Positions 25,857 through 38,708 of a DNA stretch of 64,000 nt are shown in pieces (the stretch's first letter is position 1; each line of letters opens with the position of its first letter). The stretch covers positions 868,860 to 932,859 of the forward strand of contig OZ316893.1 of NCBI GenBank assembly GCA_973895155.1, written 5' to 3'. Under the pieces are notes generated by a model, which searched no databases, was not told where the DNA came from, and worked only from the letters and a program-made list of their open reading frames with translations. Made by a program: the position numbers and the translations under genes. Source of the DNA: Marsupella aquatica. Its lineage: Eukaryota; Plantae; Marchantiophyta.

Positions 25857-25950
25857 TATAGCTTTCCAAAGGGTTATGTAAAAGGTTCCTTTTGGCTTTT
25901 TCACTAGCCTCAGAGTGACTTATGGTGCATGGCATATGACCAATCTTTAA

Positions 25951-26061
25951 ATTAAGGTATAAGGTTTCGGAAAGGGGTAAGGTATAAGGTTCACATTCAA
26001 AGAAGGGGTAAGGTATAAGGTTCACATTCAACGAAGGGGTAAGGTATAAGGTTTCGGAAAA
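25951..26061. repeat. Minisatellite with core TAAGGTATAAGGTT (4 copies, 25-31 bp period)
   Basis: TAAGGTATAAGGTT followed by TCGGAAA or CACATTCAA, recurring at about 25952, 25978, 26009 and 26040. Confidence 0.9.
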
Positions 26062-28879
26062 TGTGCCCCCTATTTGGGAGACTTCCGCACTTTGCACTTT
26101 GCACAGAACAGAGTGCTACTTTAGAATTCAATTGAAGAGTGAATTTCGATTCTGCTGTTTCCCGGCAATCGGTCCCTTAGCTTGCTTGCTTACGGCACTG
26201 TGTAGACGCGAGAGAATCGACCGAAGGCCAAGGTGCTCTCGAGCAACACTTCAGCAGCACTATTTGTTGACATCAACTATGACGGGGGCGTCAGCTATCT
26301 AGTAATGTACTTTACTCATTTCTTCCCAGACAGGTGATGGACACTGGTACGAGCTTTTAACGAGTCTGGTTGTGGTGCTCCGTTGGTCATTCCGAAAGAT
26401 TGGGCCGCACATGCATGCATGCGAGAAAGGGTCCTATCTGGCTGTGAAACGCCAAGCTGTCCCAGGTCATGACTTCAGCCGATTCCTGAATGCAAAACGC
26501 CTGAACGTCAATAATGCTGCTCCATCCGATTGCAGGCAAAGCAAACACGGGGATAACTGGGAGTGTATGTCCATTTCCTAAGGGACGTCATTGCTTAATT
26601 GGAAGTGTATGTCCATTTTCTACGAGACGTCATTGCTTCCACTGATCTCGGATTTGCAACTTATTTGTGCGAGAATCAGAACTGATCATGTGACGATATC
26701 GTGTATTAGTGTGTTATTGCATCTGAGATAGGAATCCTCAAAAGCCAGCAGAAGTTGTGATCTACTCAGGGATGGAAGTCGTCCTCACAAGATGGTCCAT
26801 AGAAATGATCTGTACTTGCTTGCTTAATTGAAGCACAGAGTGGCTATAGTGCCAGTAAGCCATTGCAACTTCTACAGTAGATTCTTGCATTCTTGAGCTG
26901 GATCACTCTTCTAACAGACTGGTATTTTGAGGCATTCTCTGACCACACTGTTGGGTCAGAGAACGCATCAAAAACCTAGTTGGTATACTTACTAGATTTG
27001 GCATAATTCCGAGGTTAGATTTGGTTAAAAATTGTTGATCTTTCTTCAGTGGCGGGATTTATTGAGCCCCTTTGAAATCAAACAAAGAACCGGTCCGGGA
27101 TTTCTATCACGTCTCGCTGGCTTACAAGTTTGAGCATGGAATGGCACATGACAGTAGTCAACGATATCACAAGGTTTTTTAGTTACGGCGGATGAAATCC
27201 TGGGACACAACCGGAGCGAAGGTGGAAGCGGCCGTCACTAGTTGCAAAATAGCTAAGGAGATCATCTAAACCAAGTACCACAGTGTGAACTTGTGACCGA
27301 AGGATTGTTGCCATTGCTCCGACCGTCCCCTGCGACTGCGAGCGTTGAGACTGTTACCTCTCGGAGGGGGTTATACGAGGTAGATGACATGATAACGCCA
27401 CCACCTGCAGCGTAACTGTACTCCTTCCTATCTCGGAAATGCGAGTTCAATCCCGGAAGGGGTGGTAGTACAAGTAGCAAACTTCATGCGTACAATAATG
27501 GGAGGTTGTTAACTGGACATCAACTTTCATCCATTCTCCTGCATTTAAAAAATGGCGATCCACCTTCTCGAAATGCGATGAACTTACCTCTTAGATATAT
27601 GAATGCTGTAATGCCGTATCGACTTTCGGAGTGCTCTAATACGGGGCCAGCTCACTTGGTGCAGGGGTATAGCCAGCGCTTTGAGATCAGAAGCGCCAAA
27701 GATCGGATCGACGGGATGAGCAAGGATGGATAGACGGTAGAAATGGAGCCATGCACAATAATGAATCCGGAGTTTTCTTCCACGCTTATGCAGTATGGTT
27801 CGCAAAGTCAGTTTCGAAATCGCACCAGAACGTTCATCAAATTTTGATAGCGAACTTCTGTCCGGGAACAGACAGACATGCGGTCAGGGTAGATATCCCC
27901 ATTAAATATGATGTTGAAACCTGCATAGGAAGGAGCTGACAACGCATCGTGGCTGGTTTGCTTCCCAAGGAGGTGGCCGCCCAGAACAAGGTTGGAAGAG
28001 AGAAGAATATCCATTTGGCTGGGTTACCGCCCTTCTAGGTGTAGTGACGGAAGACAAATCATTAGATCGGTTGAACGGTGTGGTTAGTACTGTGATAACA
28101 ATTTCGAGGTGACATAATTCTATTCAAGCTGATTCATCAATATGTGAAGCGCGTAGTGCTTGGTCTCTTGTAACGAGCAAAATCAGAGAGAAGCCCCGCG
28201 CAATCCCGAATTAGAAGATTTCGGTGCTGAATAACAAGATACGCAAAGTGACGAGGGCAAGGGGGTAAAACCAAGTACTGTCTCTGAACGGGACAAGTAC
28301 GGTCGATGCTAGCGTTTGATGCCGTTGTTCTTCGAGTCCTTCTTGATAAATCGAACAGAGGACATACCACACAGGTACTATGTGGTCTTTTCTAATGCAA
28401 ACATCTCATGTGATCGAGGTCAATTAATTGGCATGGATCAGAGTCCTCTCGTTTTGTAGCTTTATCAGACATTCGTTTCCAAGCTTCCAAGTCCAAACCT
28501 TCTTCACACGACTTGTATGGTCGAAGGCCACCCTCCCTTACTCTCCTGTTCATCAAGACTGTTCCTTCCATTGGTCAGATCATCCACACGAGTCATTCGG
28601 TCCTCTTTTTCACAATCTGTATTCCCAGAGCAGTCTATCAGACGAGATTTTAGAAGACTATGTTGACAGCTGACCCTCAGATGTATCCATTCTGTCCACA
28701 TGTTTGGCTTAGAAAGAAAGTGTGTGAGACACTCTTGACGGTCTTGCTCTATTGACAATACCACGTTCTTAATGTAGATTCCCAGAGAACATTGTGCTCT
28801 TCCCACTCTTGGCAGGGACAGAACCTTAAGGCTGAAGGCCTGGCACTCCTTGGAGTAGAGAAGAGGTCCCAGCCGCCTG

Positions 28880-30907
28880 CTAGTTGCCATTAACGGCCAG
28901 AGTCTGCTTCGCTTTGCCTAACCAGATGTAATAAGGTGCTTTTAAGAGTGGTACATAGGGAATACTGCCTTTTGAATTGTGTTCATAAACTGCACAAAAG
29001 AAGAAAGTTTGTAATCAGCTACAGCAATGGTACATACTTATCATCAGAAAAGGCCATCAAATTCTATGTTTGAGCCACTCCAAATTGTTACCTGACTATG
29101 GAAAGACCACAGTAGTTTCTGCACAGGATGTGTGCCAACAACAGGAAAAATTCCCCAACCCACTCAAACAAGGAGATGACAGTCCACCTTCACGCATGGT
29201 ACAGCACTTGAAGTCTTAAGGTTCACAATTACGTTTCACACCGAGGAAAAGGAAGAAATCCCACAACTCGGAAGATATGCCAGGCCGAGAACTATCAAGC
29301 ATAAGGCGAATAATTGACGAGAGTAACATACCACGTTGAAGAAAGTGATCTAAGTACACTCGACGCTCAGGGCTGACGTCAATATTATCGAGATCAAAAA
29401 TGCATCTCCAAAACCATCGCGTCACATACCACTGTTGACGCTCTGGGAGATCAAACCTCAAGGATGTAAAGAAATCCGCAACCCCAAGTATGCCAAGAGT
29501 TGGTTCCAAGTACGACACAGCTTTGTCGACTGCTGTCATGAATGGTGGGATCACTGCTTTTCAAAGTTAACTGGTTGGTTAGCACGTAGCCTTAACACCT
29601 TCTTTCAAATGACCACTCCATCGAGGAAAGAAAACGGATTCATCTCATGAGCCAACTTCGGGCAAGATGCAACATGCAAGGACTTGAACTTTCTGCAATA
29701 AATCGATTCTCACAACTGGTGACCATGAGGTCTTGGCAAACGTCAGTAAGCCACCCTCCCCAATACAGTCCACATTTTGTGTTCTGGACGATGAAGGAGG
29801 TTCTTGAAGTGCACAAAACGTGCCGACCATTATCAGTTAAGGACAGCATTCATTCTTAGCGGCCTACTTGGTTAGTAGAAATAAACTACGAATGTTCGGC
29901 GGGAAGCTTACTTGACAGTGAGTACGAAAAGGTGACAAGGGTAGCTGGCTTCATGTCAGGCTCAAAGTCACAGACATCTGCCTCCACAACTTCCACATTA
30001 TTCCATCCACGCCTTATCACCTTTTTCCGCGCAATATCACAGAGTGGGCCACAGATATCCACTACATAAATCCTTTCAAATTTCGCCAAATCAAAGTATT
30101 GTGCCATCATGTCGACGTTTTCTCCAGTACCACCTCCAAGGTCCACCCAGACGAGATTAGTTTGACCGTCCAGCTTGTCCATCTTGTCTGCGGAAGCTCT
30201 GAGCAATTCTTCTCTACCATGCAGAAACCTTGCTCGAAAGTGATCATCTACAAGTCAAGAGTATGTCACATCAGTATGGCAATTTCTTTCCTGCACACAC
30301 CGCTAAACTGCTTAGAGCAGGATGGACTACCAAATTAGAAGATTACTGAAGAATTTTCTTGAAAACAGGAGAGAATGTCCTGACGGGATCCACTCACTGC
30401 CAACGAGATATGATCACAATCACAGTTTACCACTGCTGTCTTGCTTGGACGTGATACCCTCGCACAACGAAAATTGATGGTAAGAGGTCGCTTAAATTGG
30501 ATGGCCGTTTGAATTCAAATCTCGCATTATCATCAAAATGTGACTGTTCGAGGTTAATTACAAGTAGTCACGATGCCGTTCAAACTGCAGATACCGGGAC
30601 AAGGAGAGAAAGCATGGACCACTCCAATAACAAGAACAGATATCCCAGGGGGTTGTGGCAAACGCGGCTTGGAGTGCAAGGCGTCAATGAAAATGTCTAC
30701 AAAACGAGCTCTGCCTACGGCGAGCCAAAACATCATTCGCCGACAAAGCGTTACACAAAATCCAGAATCATCTCACTCACAGTGTTCTGCTTGAGGGGCG
30801 TAGAAAGACTCGAGACGCTCCTTGTGCGAATCGCCCTGGATCTTGGCGAACCAGATAGACTTCAGCACCTCCAGGTCGCTCAAGACGTTGCGCACCAGCT
30901 GCGCCAT
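28880..30907 (-). CDS. BTA1: Betaine lipid (DGTS) synthase BtaB-type SAM-dependent N-methyltransferase, stand-alone, 264 aa
   Basis: Exons 30907-30781, 30247-29912, 29553-29332, 28989-28880 (795 nt, in frame). Motifs SHKERLESFYAPQAEHYDHFRARFLHGR, LVWVDLGGGTGENVDMM, TFSYSLSMIPPF, GVADFF, RWFWRCIFDLDNIDVSPERRVYL and GSIPYVPLLKAPYYIWLG match the N-terminal half of algal BTA1. Confidence 0.93.
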
Positions 30908-31302
30908 AATCGCACCCACGCACCTGCTGCTCAAAAACAATGCTTCGCGATGCGTTCACTCGTCCTCAGGAGCTCTGCTTGTGCAAAGAATTATGAACCC
31001 ACAACTCAGAAGCGCATCGATGAGGCAAGTGTAAAATGTGAGCTTGGCCGAGCACCGGAAGACGAAATGGACGAAGCCTCACTCGTTGTGCGGATGGCAG
31101 GCTGTGGAGGTTTCAATCTGATTTTCATGGAAAGCAGATGTTTGCCTTCACGGGAGAAATGCTGCACTTTCATCACTGCCGGAGGCTCTCCTCGATTGAT
31201 GACTAAGTGTCTGTAGTCGGTACCCTATTTATGAAATTATCACTAATTAGACTCCTTAACGGGCTACCTTGAAAATGAAGCCCTGTACCCCTGCTCATGG
31301 GA

Positions 31303-31586
31303 ATGCTTAAAGCCATCACCCATTTTAAACCCAAAAGAAAAAAGGGACAAGGGTTTTGGATGGAGTTTGGAAAAGGGGACCTACATTTAGGTTGAAATTT
31401 GGGGAGGGATTTTGGGAAGGGCTTGGCACTTTTGTGAAGGACACCGTGCTCCTGAAATGCTTAAAGCTATCATCCACTTTACACCCAAATGAAACAGGGA
31501 CAGGGGTTTTGGTTGAAGCTTAGAGAAAGGGACCTACATTTTGGTTTAGAATTTTAGGAAGGACATGTCACTTTTGTGAAGGACAT
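31303..31586. repeat. Diverged tandem duplication, about 155-bp period, upstream of the BtaB gene
   Basis: ATGCTTAAAGCYATCA...GGGACCTACATTT...CACTTTTGTGAAGGACA present twice. Confidence 0.8.
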
Positions 31587-33910
31587 CTGGAGTAGTTTTT
31601 CAAGCACCCAATCAACTGTAAACTGCTAATTTGGCAGGCTTACCCATTTATTGAGACAGTTTTGGATTAAGCTCAAGTTTTGCTGGCATGTTTTCTGATG
31701 TTCAATTTATTACCTGACAAAGTTTGATACTTGTTTGAGATCATTGTTCCATTTCTGATGAGCCCTAAGATGGTAAAAAAATCATAACTCAACCTAAAAC
31801 AGATGTTTCAGTTTTGTGAAGGTAGCCTGCAGTGACTTACCACCGGGTAAACTAATTTGAAAGCGTTCAGGAGACCATTTGCAAGTCTGTAAACAGAACA
31901 GGGTTATCGGAATCTTTTTGGAAATTCTACCTAAGTCTATCCCAACTTTGCCAGTCCATCCGTGCTTCACAGCCAATCCTAACTTAGTTTTTGGGCTTGC
32001 TACTTGCAGTCTTTTCATATTATCAATTGTCTAAATATTGACTTGCTTTCTACCTTAGGTTTATTATGCCTGTTTTCTTCGGTTTTGGGTGAAGGCGACA
32101 ACAGAGTGCAATGAAAGGAACCAAGAGATTTTCTTATGACTTATGAACAAATCTAACTTTCACTTCCTTCGTGCCTTTATATGAATTTTATCTCTATTTA
32201 AGTGAATCTCACTCCGCCGCTGCTGCTGGACTTTACCTGAGACGAAACCTACAGTCCCGTTTGATACCAGACCATGTAATAAGGGGCACATATCCAGAGT
32301 CCATCGCCATCCGAGATGTGCTCCAGCAAGGTCTGTGTTGGAAAACGAAAGTACTTAAAAGCTGTAATATTAATTTGAGAATTATTCAGCCCTTTGCACA
32401 CACATCGTACCTCTTCCTATGACTTCTATCAGGATCCCATCAAGAAATGGTTCCAATCTGAAACCCAAAAGTCCTTCAGGCTGCATACAATTGGCCTCTA
32501 GGCTCGATGCCTTCAACAGAAGCTGTTTGCACCTTTGATGGACCCTTAAAACTTCATGCATGTTGGCACTTAGCAAAGAGCACGTCTCACTAACTTGAGC
32601 AACTGTTGGCACTGAGCAAAAGCAACAGTGCCAACAGCCAGGCTCACAGCCTCCCTCAGCTACAACAAATACGAAAGATTAGATCCTGAGCCAAAGAAAC
32701 AAGTATGGACCCATTCAACAAATCAAGCTCCAAGATTGAGAAATATACAAAACAGTAAATATACGTCCCGTTAAGTGTTTAGCAAGTACTTCAATTCAAT
32801 TTAATGGCTATTGTGGATCTCCAGAATTCTTCACTCGTAAATATTTTGAAAGGAGGACCAGCATTTTGTGGTGCTTCCTATATTCTCTGGACTATCCGAA
32901 CAATACTAATTGTATGTGAGATTGCAATCCAGATGACTAAGGAAAGATCAGAACAGTTCTATATGCCACGGTGACTGATTTATCTGGAGGTATGTGAGTT
33001 AATTGGGGACATTGTCATTGCATGCATCGGGCTTCTACAAATGTTCATGTTCTGAACTTTATTCGATCAAGACAAGAAAGGACAGCGGTATCTTCTCACT
33101 TGGACATGCGGTTGTGACTACCTATCAAAATTAAAGGGCACATAACCAATTTCGTCGGTTTACAAATTTGAGTTTACGTCTGATGAAGCATGGGACTGAA
33201 TGGCATTTCCAGTACGTCACTTCCATATTTTCCGCACATTCAAATTCTGAATCCATTTTTTTTCGTGATAATTATTTGGTATCCCTAAGTGATTTTCGTG
33301 GTGATTCTGTATCCGGACATCCAATTTCCATGCACGCTAATTCAACAGGAGTGATTACTCGAAGTCACTCCCAACACCGGGACAGTGATGTCTCTGCCTG
33401 CTAAGGTGTAGCCTTTTGAAGATTTGGTAGCTGCACTAGTGGCTCTGCTTGCTGGGAAATTCATTTCACCTCTCGGTTTCACCGTAAGACCCCATTCAGT
33501 CACATCTCATAGCAGGACTGTTTCTTGGCGAAGATGTTTGAGCTATTTGTAGCACGTTGCTCCTCTCTTTGCTTGCAGGGCGATTGTAGGGATTTGAGAA
33601 CATAGAACGAATGCAGATGACGAGGTGACTTTCCAGTTTAATTCCGCATATTTTAAATAGGGCAATTTTGCACGAAGAAGTGACTATTATGTCATACGTC
33701 AAGTGCCATAAGATGTCTGCACATTACTGTCTCAATTTGCGTGGATCAAATTTTCATAAGACGATAGCCAGCGAGGAAAGCATAGTAATTGTCATCTTTG
33801 TTTGCAGGATGACGACCGGGAAGGGGTTGATGAGGATGAGGAGGACAAGCAAGGGCAGCCGCGATCTTTGTGGTAACCCAAGGGAAGGATTTACGTGATG
33901 ATTTACGCTA

Positions 33911-34011
33911 TGTCCGCTTACTTCATCATATAAGAGATGCTGCACGTAAGTGAATCTCCGGTAATCCAGGGATGATGTGCAGCATCTCTTGTATGATGAA
34001 GTAAGCGTACA
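33911..34011. ncRNA. Pre-miRNA-like hairpin, 31-bp stem with one G:U, 31-nt loop
   Basis: Arm 33915-33945 CGCTTACTTCATCATATAAGAGATGCTGCAC pairs with arm 33977-34007 GTGCAGCATCTCTTGTATGATGAAGTAAGCG; the stem extends a few bp on both sides. Expression not shown. Confidence 0.55.
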
Positions 34012-36256
34012 AACCTGATGAGAGATGACTTGACATTGTCAGCATTGTTCTGGACAACAGAGTCCAGTTTTATGTCCCAATTTCTCATCACTTATATTTG
34101 AAAAGAGTAGAGTTTTGGTTTTTATGCCAAAGACAGAAGATGGATTATATGGAGGATCCTGCTGCAGCAATCGACCCACACTCAATTAGATCTCTTTTTC
34201 AATTGGTAGAGTCATGATTCCGACAGAATGAATTTGCAGTTTCTTGAGGGGACATTCACCGATGCATGAAGATTACGTTTATGTATTTAGTGTCTCTAGT
34301 CTGGGAACGTTTGCCCAGTGCTGTAGATTCTCTGTTTTTATCACTTATTCATGATGGATGCCAACCCCTGGTAAGTTTATTATCTTCAAATTTCAGAAGA
34401 GTAAATCCATAAGGTATTTGATTGTTTGACTACTGTCGAATGATAGAAAATCCCGTGCATTAGCAAAGTCCAATGCTCTAAATTAATGCCAACCAAAGAT
34501 GAACATGTCGAGAGCTACTATGCTACAGAGGGATAGATCTAAACAGCCTGAAACTCACCAGTGGTTGCCATACTCGTAGTGGCAGGATTTGCTCATGAAC
34601 GAAGAGTTGTACAGGCTCTTTGAGATCGGTCTGACCGCAGAGATATCCTACACTTTCATAAAACCAAGGACTGGGACGCGTTTTTAGAGAAAACTATTCT
34701 GCATCTGACGCTCCCAGAAATCTGTGAGGATCATGAATACTGGATACCCTTATATATGGGCTGTCTTGAAATTTATATATGGTTTATGGAACAGGTCGTT
34801 TGAATGAAGCCCCGTGCCCCTTTTGGCATGAGGCAAGCCTTTGGATATTAGTGGTTGTACCTAGGCCTGGCAAGATGAGATTGTGCTAAGCTGAGCACAG
34901 TCAGATTACAGGATTGGGTCGCAGGAGTAGTGTCTTCTAGTTACCAAGGCAATGGGAAATGAATGCTTCTAATGGAGTATGTGGCAGTCTTTGACTTTCC
35001 AGGAAAATGTGGGAAGTTAAAGATATCCCTAAAGTGAGAAAATGCCGGATGAGTGGGGGGTAGTAAGCATCAACCCAAGATGAACCGGTTGAAAACTAAC
35101 TCAGATTAGTTTAGTCACATCCAAAGCAACCATGAGCCGGGTGAGAAACTTTCTTGGTGTGCAACAAGTGAAAAAACGTTTTCAGTCTGGATTAGGGATT
35201 TCTCTCCAAGATCATAGGTGCTGCAAGCATGTCGAGGGTGAGGATTCATTAGAAATGGCAGCAGAGAGGGAGCTTCGAAGTCGAATGATAGTGCTCGACG
35301 CAGGCACAATGGAGGCAGTCTCAAGAGGCATGAAGAAGAAGGGTGTGAGCAAGACAGGAGCAAAACAACTATCAAACGAGAGCCGGGAGGTGAGCGGGGT
35401 ATATCCTGAAGTGCTCACACCTTTAAAGTGTTCAGCATTGGGAGGGGGCTTGACATTGCAAGCAGAACGCCCTGCAGCGCCCATCAATCTCAAGCTGGCT
35501 AGCAAGGTGGCAGCAACAGCAGAGGAGGGTCCTAATTACTTCAACCTCTCCTGTTCAGCAAACCAGGAATGGAAAAACATACACAATAAAGCTATGGCAG
35601 GATTTGTGCAATTCGTTTGTTGCAGCTCCAATGTGGTCAACTGAGCTGTTAGTCAGCGTGTGGGGGCTGTCCCTCTGGAAATATAGACCAGGAGAAAAGT
35701 CTGCAACACTAGAGATACCCGTAAAGTATATCCTGAGTTTCGCCCAAGAATTAGGCTAACTCGGGATTAGACCCACTAATTTGTCATTAGCCATAAAGTA
35801 GGTCCTGCTTTGTAAAGCTTGACGAGTTACTGTAAATCATCCCGAGTTAATTTTGGCACACGACAGAATCATCGCGCTACTCAGCAGCTCTGCCCTTGGC
35901 CTCGGCAGCGCAAGGTTACTCAGCAGCTCGCCCTTGGCCTCAACATTGCAACAACAGCAGCCTCTGCCCTTGCGAATTGATCTATGCCCTCTCCACTACA
36001 TTGTGTGTGTGCATCATGCAGTCCTTCATTTACTGTTTGACGGTGTGGCCACAAGAAGCCGGTGAGCTCTCCATTTTTTCGCCAAGTATGGATCTTGGAG
36101 CAGTGCGATTGTCATATTTCGCCATTGTCATTCCGCGAAAGCGAAGTCCTACAATTGGCTGCGAGATAGTTTGCCTTGTAGTACAGTCCAGTCAGTGGAG
36201 ACTGGGAGTGTAGAGTTTTGTTTGTAGCTGAGTTTTTTATACTTTTTGTTTGCCAC

Positions 36257-37172
36257 GGAAATTTCTCATCCGTGTTTCTAGCTGAGTTCATTTAGTTTCA
36301 TGCCATGGAAATTTAGTTTTTTGGCTTTGGAACCAAAAGCTGACCCATCTACCAGATGATGGACTTTAGAGTATGCACCATTGTAGGATAACCCACAAGG
36401 GCCAGGGATCTAAGAGGGACTCTCTACTAGGAAGGAGAGAGGCTTGGACCAGGACCCAACCCATCTGCATAGACTTGGGAGCATGTAGAGTAATCCACAA
36501 GGGGGATGACACCAAAGTATTCAAGAGGGACTCTACTAGGAAGTACAGAGACTTGGACCTAGGGCCCCAAAGCTGGCGGCCAGAGGCCAAGAAAAAACAA
36601 GTACTCTCACCAATACATCCCACCCACACATACCATCCACACCTAAGGGCAGAATGAAATTGGGAGCTCTAGGTTTTACGCTAATCCCCTGGTCAGCAAA
36701 CCAGTACTCTCATGGCTACCACTAGACTCCACCCAGAGATACCCTCCACACCACCCACAGATACCTTCCACACCCCCAGAGATACCCTTTCACAGTCCTT
36801 GCTTGTGGATGGAGGACGGAATGAACCTGGGACCTCTAAATTAATTTCCTGGCCAACTGACGGAAACTAGTTTTGACGGAAATTTCTCATCCGTGTTTGT
36901 AGCTGGGTTCATTTAGTTTTACAGCTTTTGATTACTTTGCCATTAAAGAGGTTCTAATTCATAATACTCTCACTGTTTTGTATAGGGATAAAAAGTTTAC
37001 CAAGATAACTAGAAGAACTATATATGGAAATTAAGACATTTTTATAAATATTAAAAAAAAGATAGCAATGTTATAAATTAAAACATGTTTAGTGACAATG
37101 TAATTAAAAGCTGTTTAGTTTTATGGAATGTAAATTTTGTCATCCGTGTCTGTAGCTGAGTTGTGTTTAGCC
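36257..37172. repeat. Three dispersed copies of a ~40-bp motif bracketing an internally duplicated insert; probable TE remnant
   Basis: AATTTYKTCATCCGTGT.TSTAGCTG.GTT-like motif at about 36257, 36877 and 37133; the interior carries AAGAGGGACTCT..ACTAGGAAG twice. Confidence 0.6.
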
Positions 37173-38708
37173 GCTTTACAGTTTACACCACCCGTACTGA
37201 AGCATTGGGGCCACTGGGCCAGGGAAGCGGGTCGTGGGGGCCACATCTGTTTGTTTGGGACCAGTAGTAGGTTGGTAGGGTTGTTGTCGCGGGCGCGGAA
37301 GTTGTTTAAAAGGCATGAATGCACGACTGAGAAGCTTTTCGATTCGCTCGGTGTTTGCGACTGTACTACTCGCAGCACATGAGCGCTGCACGATGGCGGT
37401 TCTGGTTGGACGTCGTCCGGGCAGAAATGTCTGCGTAGATGATGATTTTGGCTAGATAATAGCTCTGAAGGGCTCCGCTCCGGGGACGCTCTGCTGATAC
37501 GGCTATGGCTGAATTTGGCTTCTCAACCTTGTGGACGCGGGTGGCTGAGCGGACGGTATCACTACGTCCCTGTTATTTTCGTACAAGTAGCGAGAACATG
37601 CTAATCGAATGGTGAGAATGTGCAATCCCCGGTGCAATCCGTAGAATTGAGATGTGAGCCCGGGTGCTCCGATTTCGAGTTTGCTGCGCGAAATCGTTCT
37701 TGTAGTATCGCTGTTTAGATACACTGCTCCTGGTTTCCGGGACCGATGGTGATTCTCTTGTCACGCTTTCGTGTCTCAGTTTGCTGGCTGCCATTCAATG
37801 CATTCCCATCCTTTCCTGCATGGGAGAATTGCCTTGATTCGAAATTCAGAAGACTCGGATACATATGACGGAATGTAGGAGTCGGTCGTGCTTTGATTGT
37901 CCGTGACCGATGCCATCGCGAAGGTAGAGCGTATGGATTTGTGAGGACTGGTACTGTAGACCCTCTCGCAACATAGACATTCTATCCATTGAGCTGACTG
38001 CTCGGAAGCTTGCAGAATAGTGAGCTTCAGTAATTCATCGAGACTAAAGGGGAATCCGTCCATCACACGTTGTCACGAGTTCTTTTTTCAAAGCACGAGG
38101 CAACCTCGTAGAAGTCGAGATCCTTCAAATCATTTCAGACACTGAACTCTATTGAATGGTTAATTCGCATTTTCGACGGAGGATTTCCATACCAGCGGGG
38201 AACTATCCCCGCACTTGCTCGTACTCTTCCTTGCAGCTGTCAATTTCATGCGCATGTGTTTCATATGCTTGGAAACTTTGTTAAATCGCTGTAGAGACTC
38301 TACCAATACTATATCACCAACAGCTTTTCTGCAAGGTGGTAATGGCAATGACAGCATTAATTGATGGAACATCGAGAGAAAAATGGGAGACGCAGGCATG
38401 GGTGAGTCTGCATTACCGGTCTGGACAGTAGCAGGTGTGAATGTCGACTTCGACGTCAAATGGACTAGGAGTGACGACCAGTCACGTACCAGTCTCGTTC
38501 CTCCGATCACCCTTTTTGGCACATTGAGAGGAATTCTTTGTGCCTTTATGACTCACGGTTCCTCGAGGTGTAGCTATTGTAACGACTAGATGGCATCAAT
38601 TGTGCGGGAAGGAGGGAATCGGAGCTTAGGTTGAAGTGTGATGATCACCTTGGAGCAGGACGAAGACCGTTATGCTTTCTCCGGAGTTGGAGAGATAGAT
38701 TATACAAT

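Noticed and set aside
28005-28012. P1BS-like GAATATCC near the BtaB gene
   Set aside because: A single degenerate 8-mer about 870 bp downstream of the stop; none noticed in the promoter; expected by chance.
30497-31216. 239-aa plus-strand ORF
   Set aside because: Non-ATG start, antisense to BtaB exon 1 and its flanks, no recognisable motif.
33924-33945. Hairpin 5' arm ends in GATGCTGCA like miR172
   Set aside because: Only the last 9 nt agree; the rest does not match the family.
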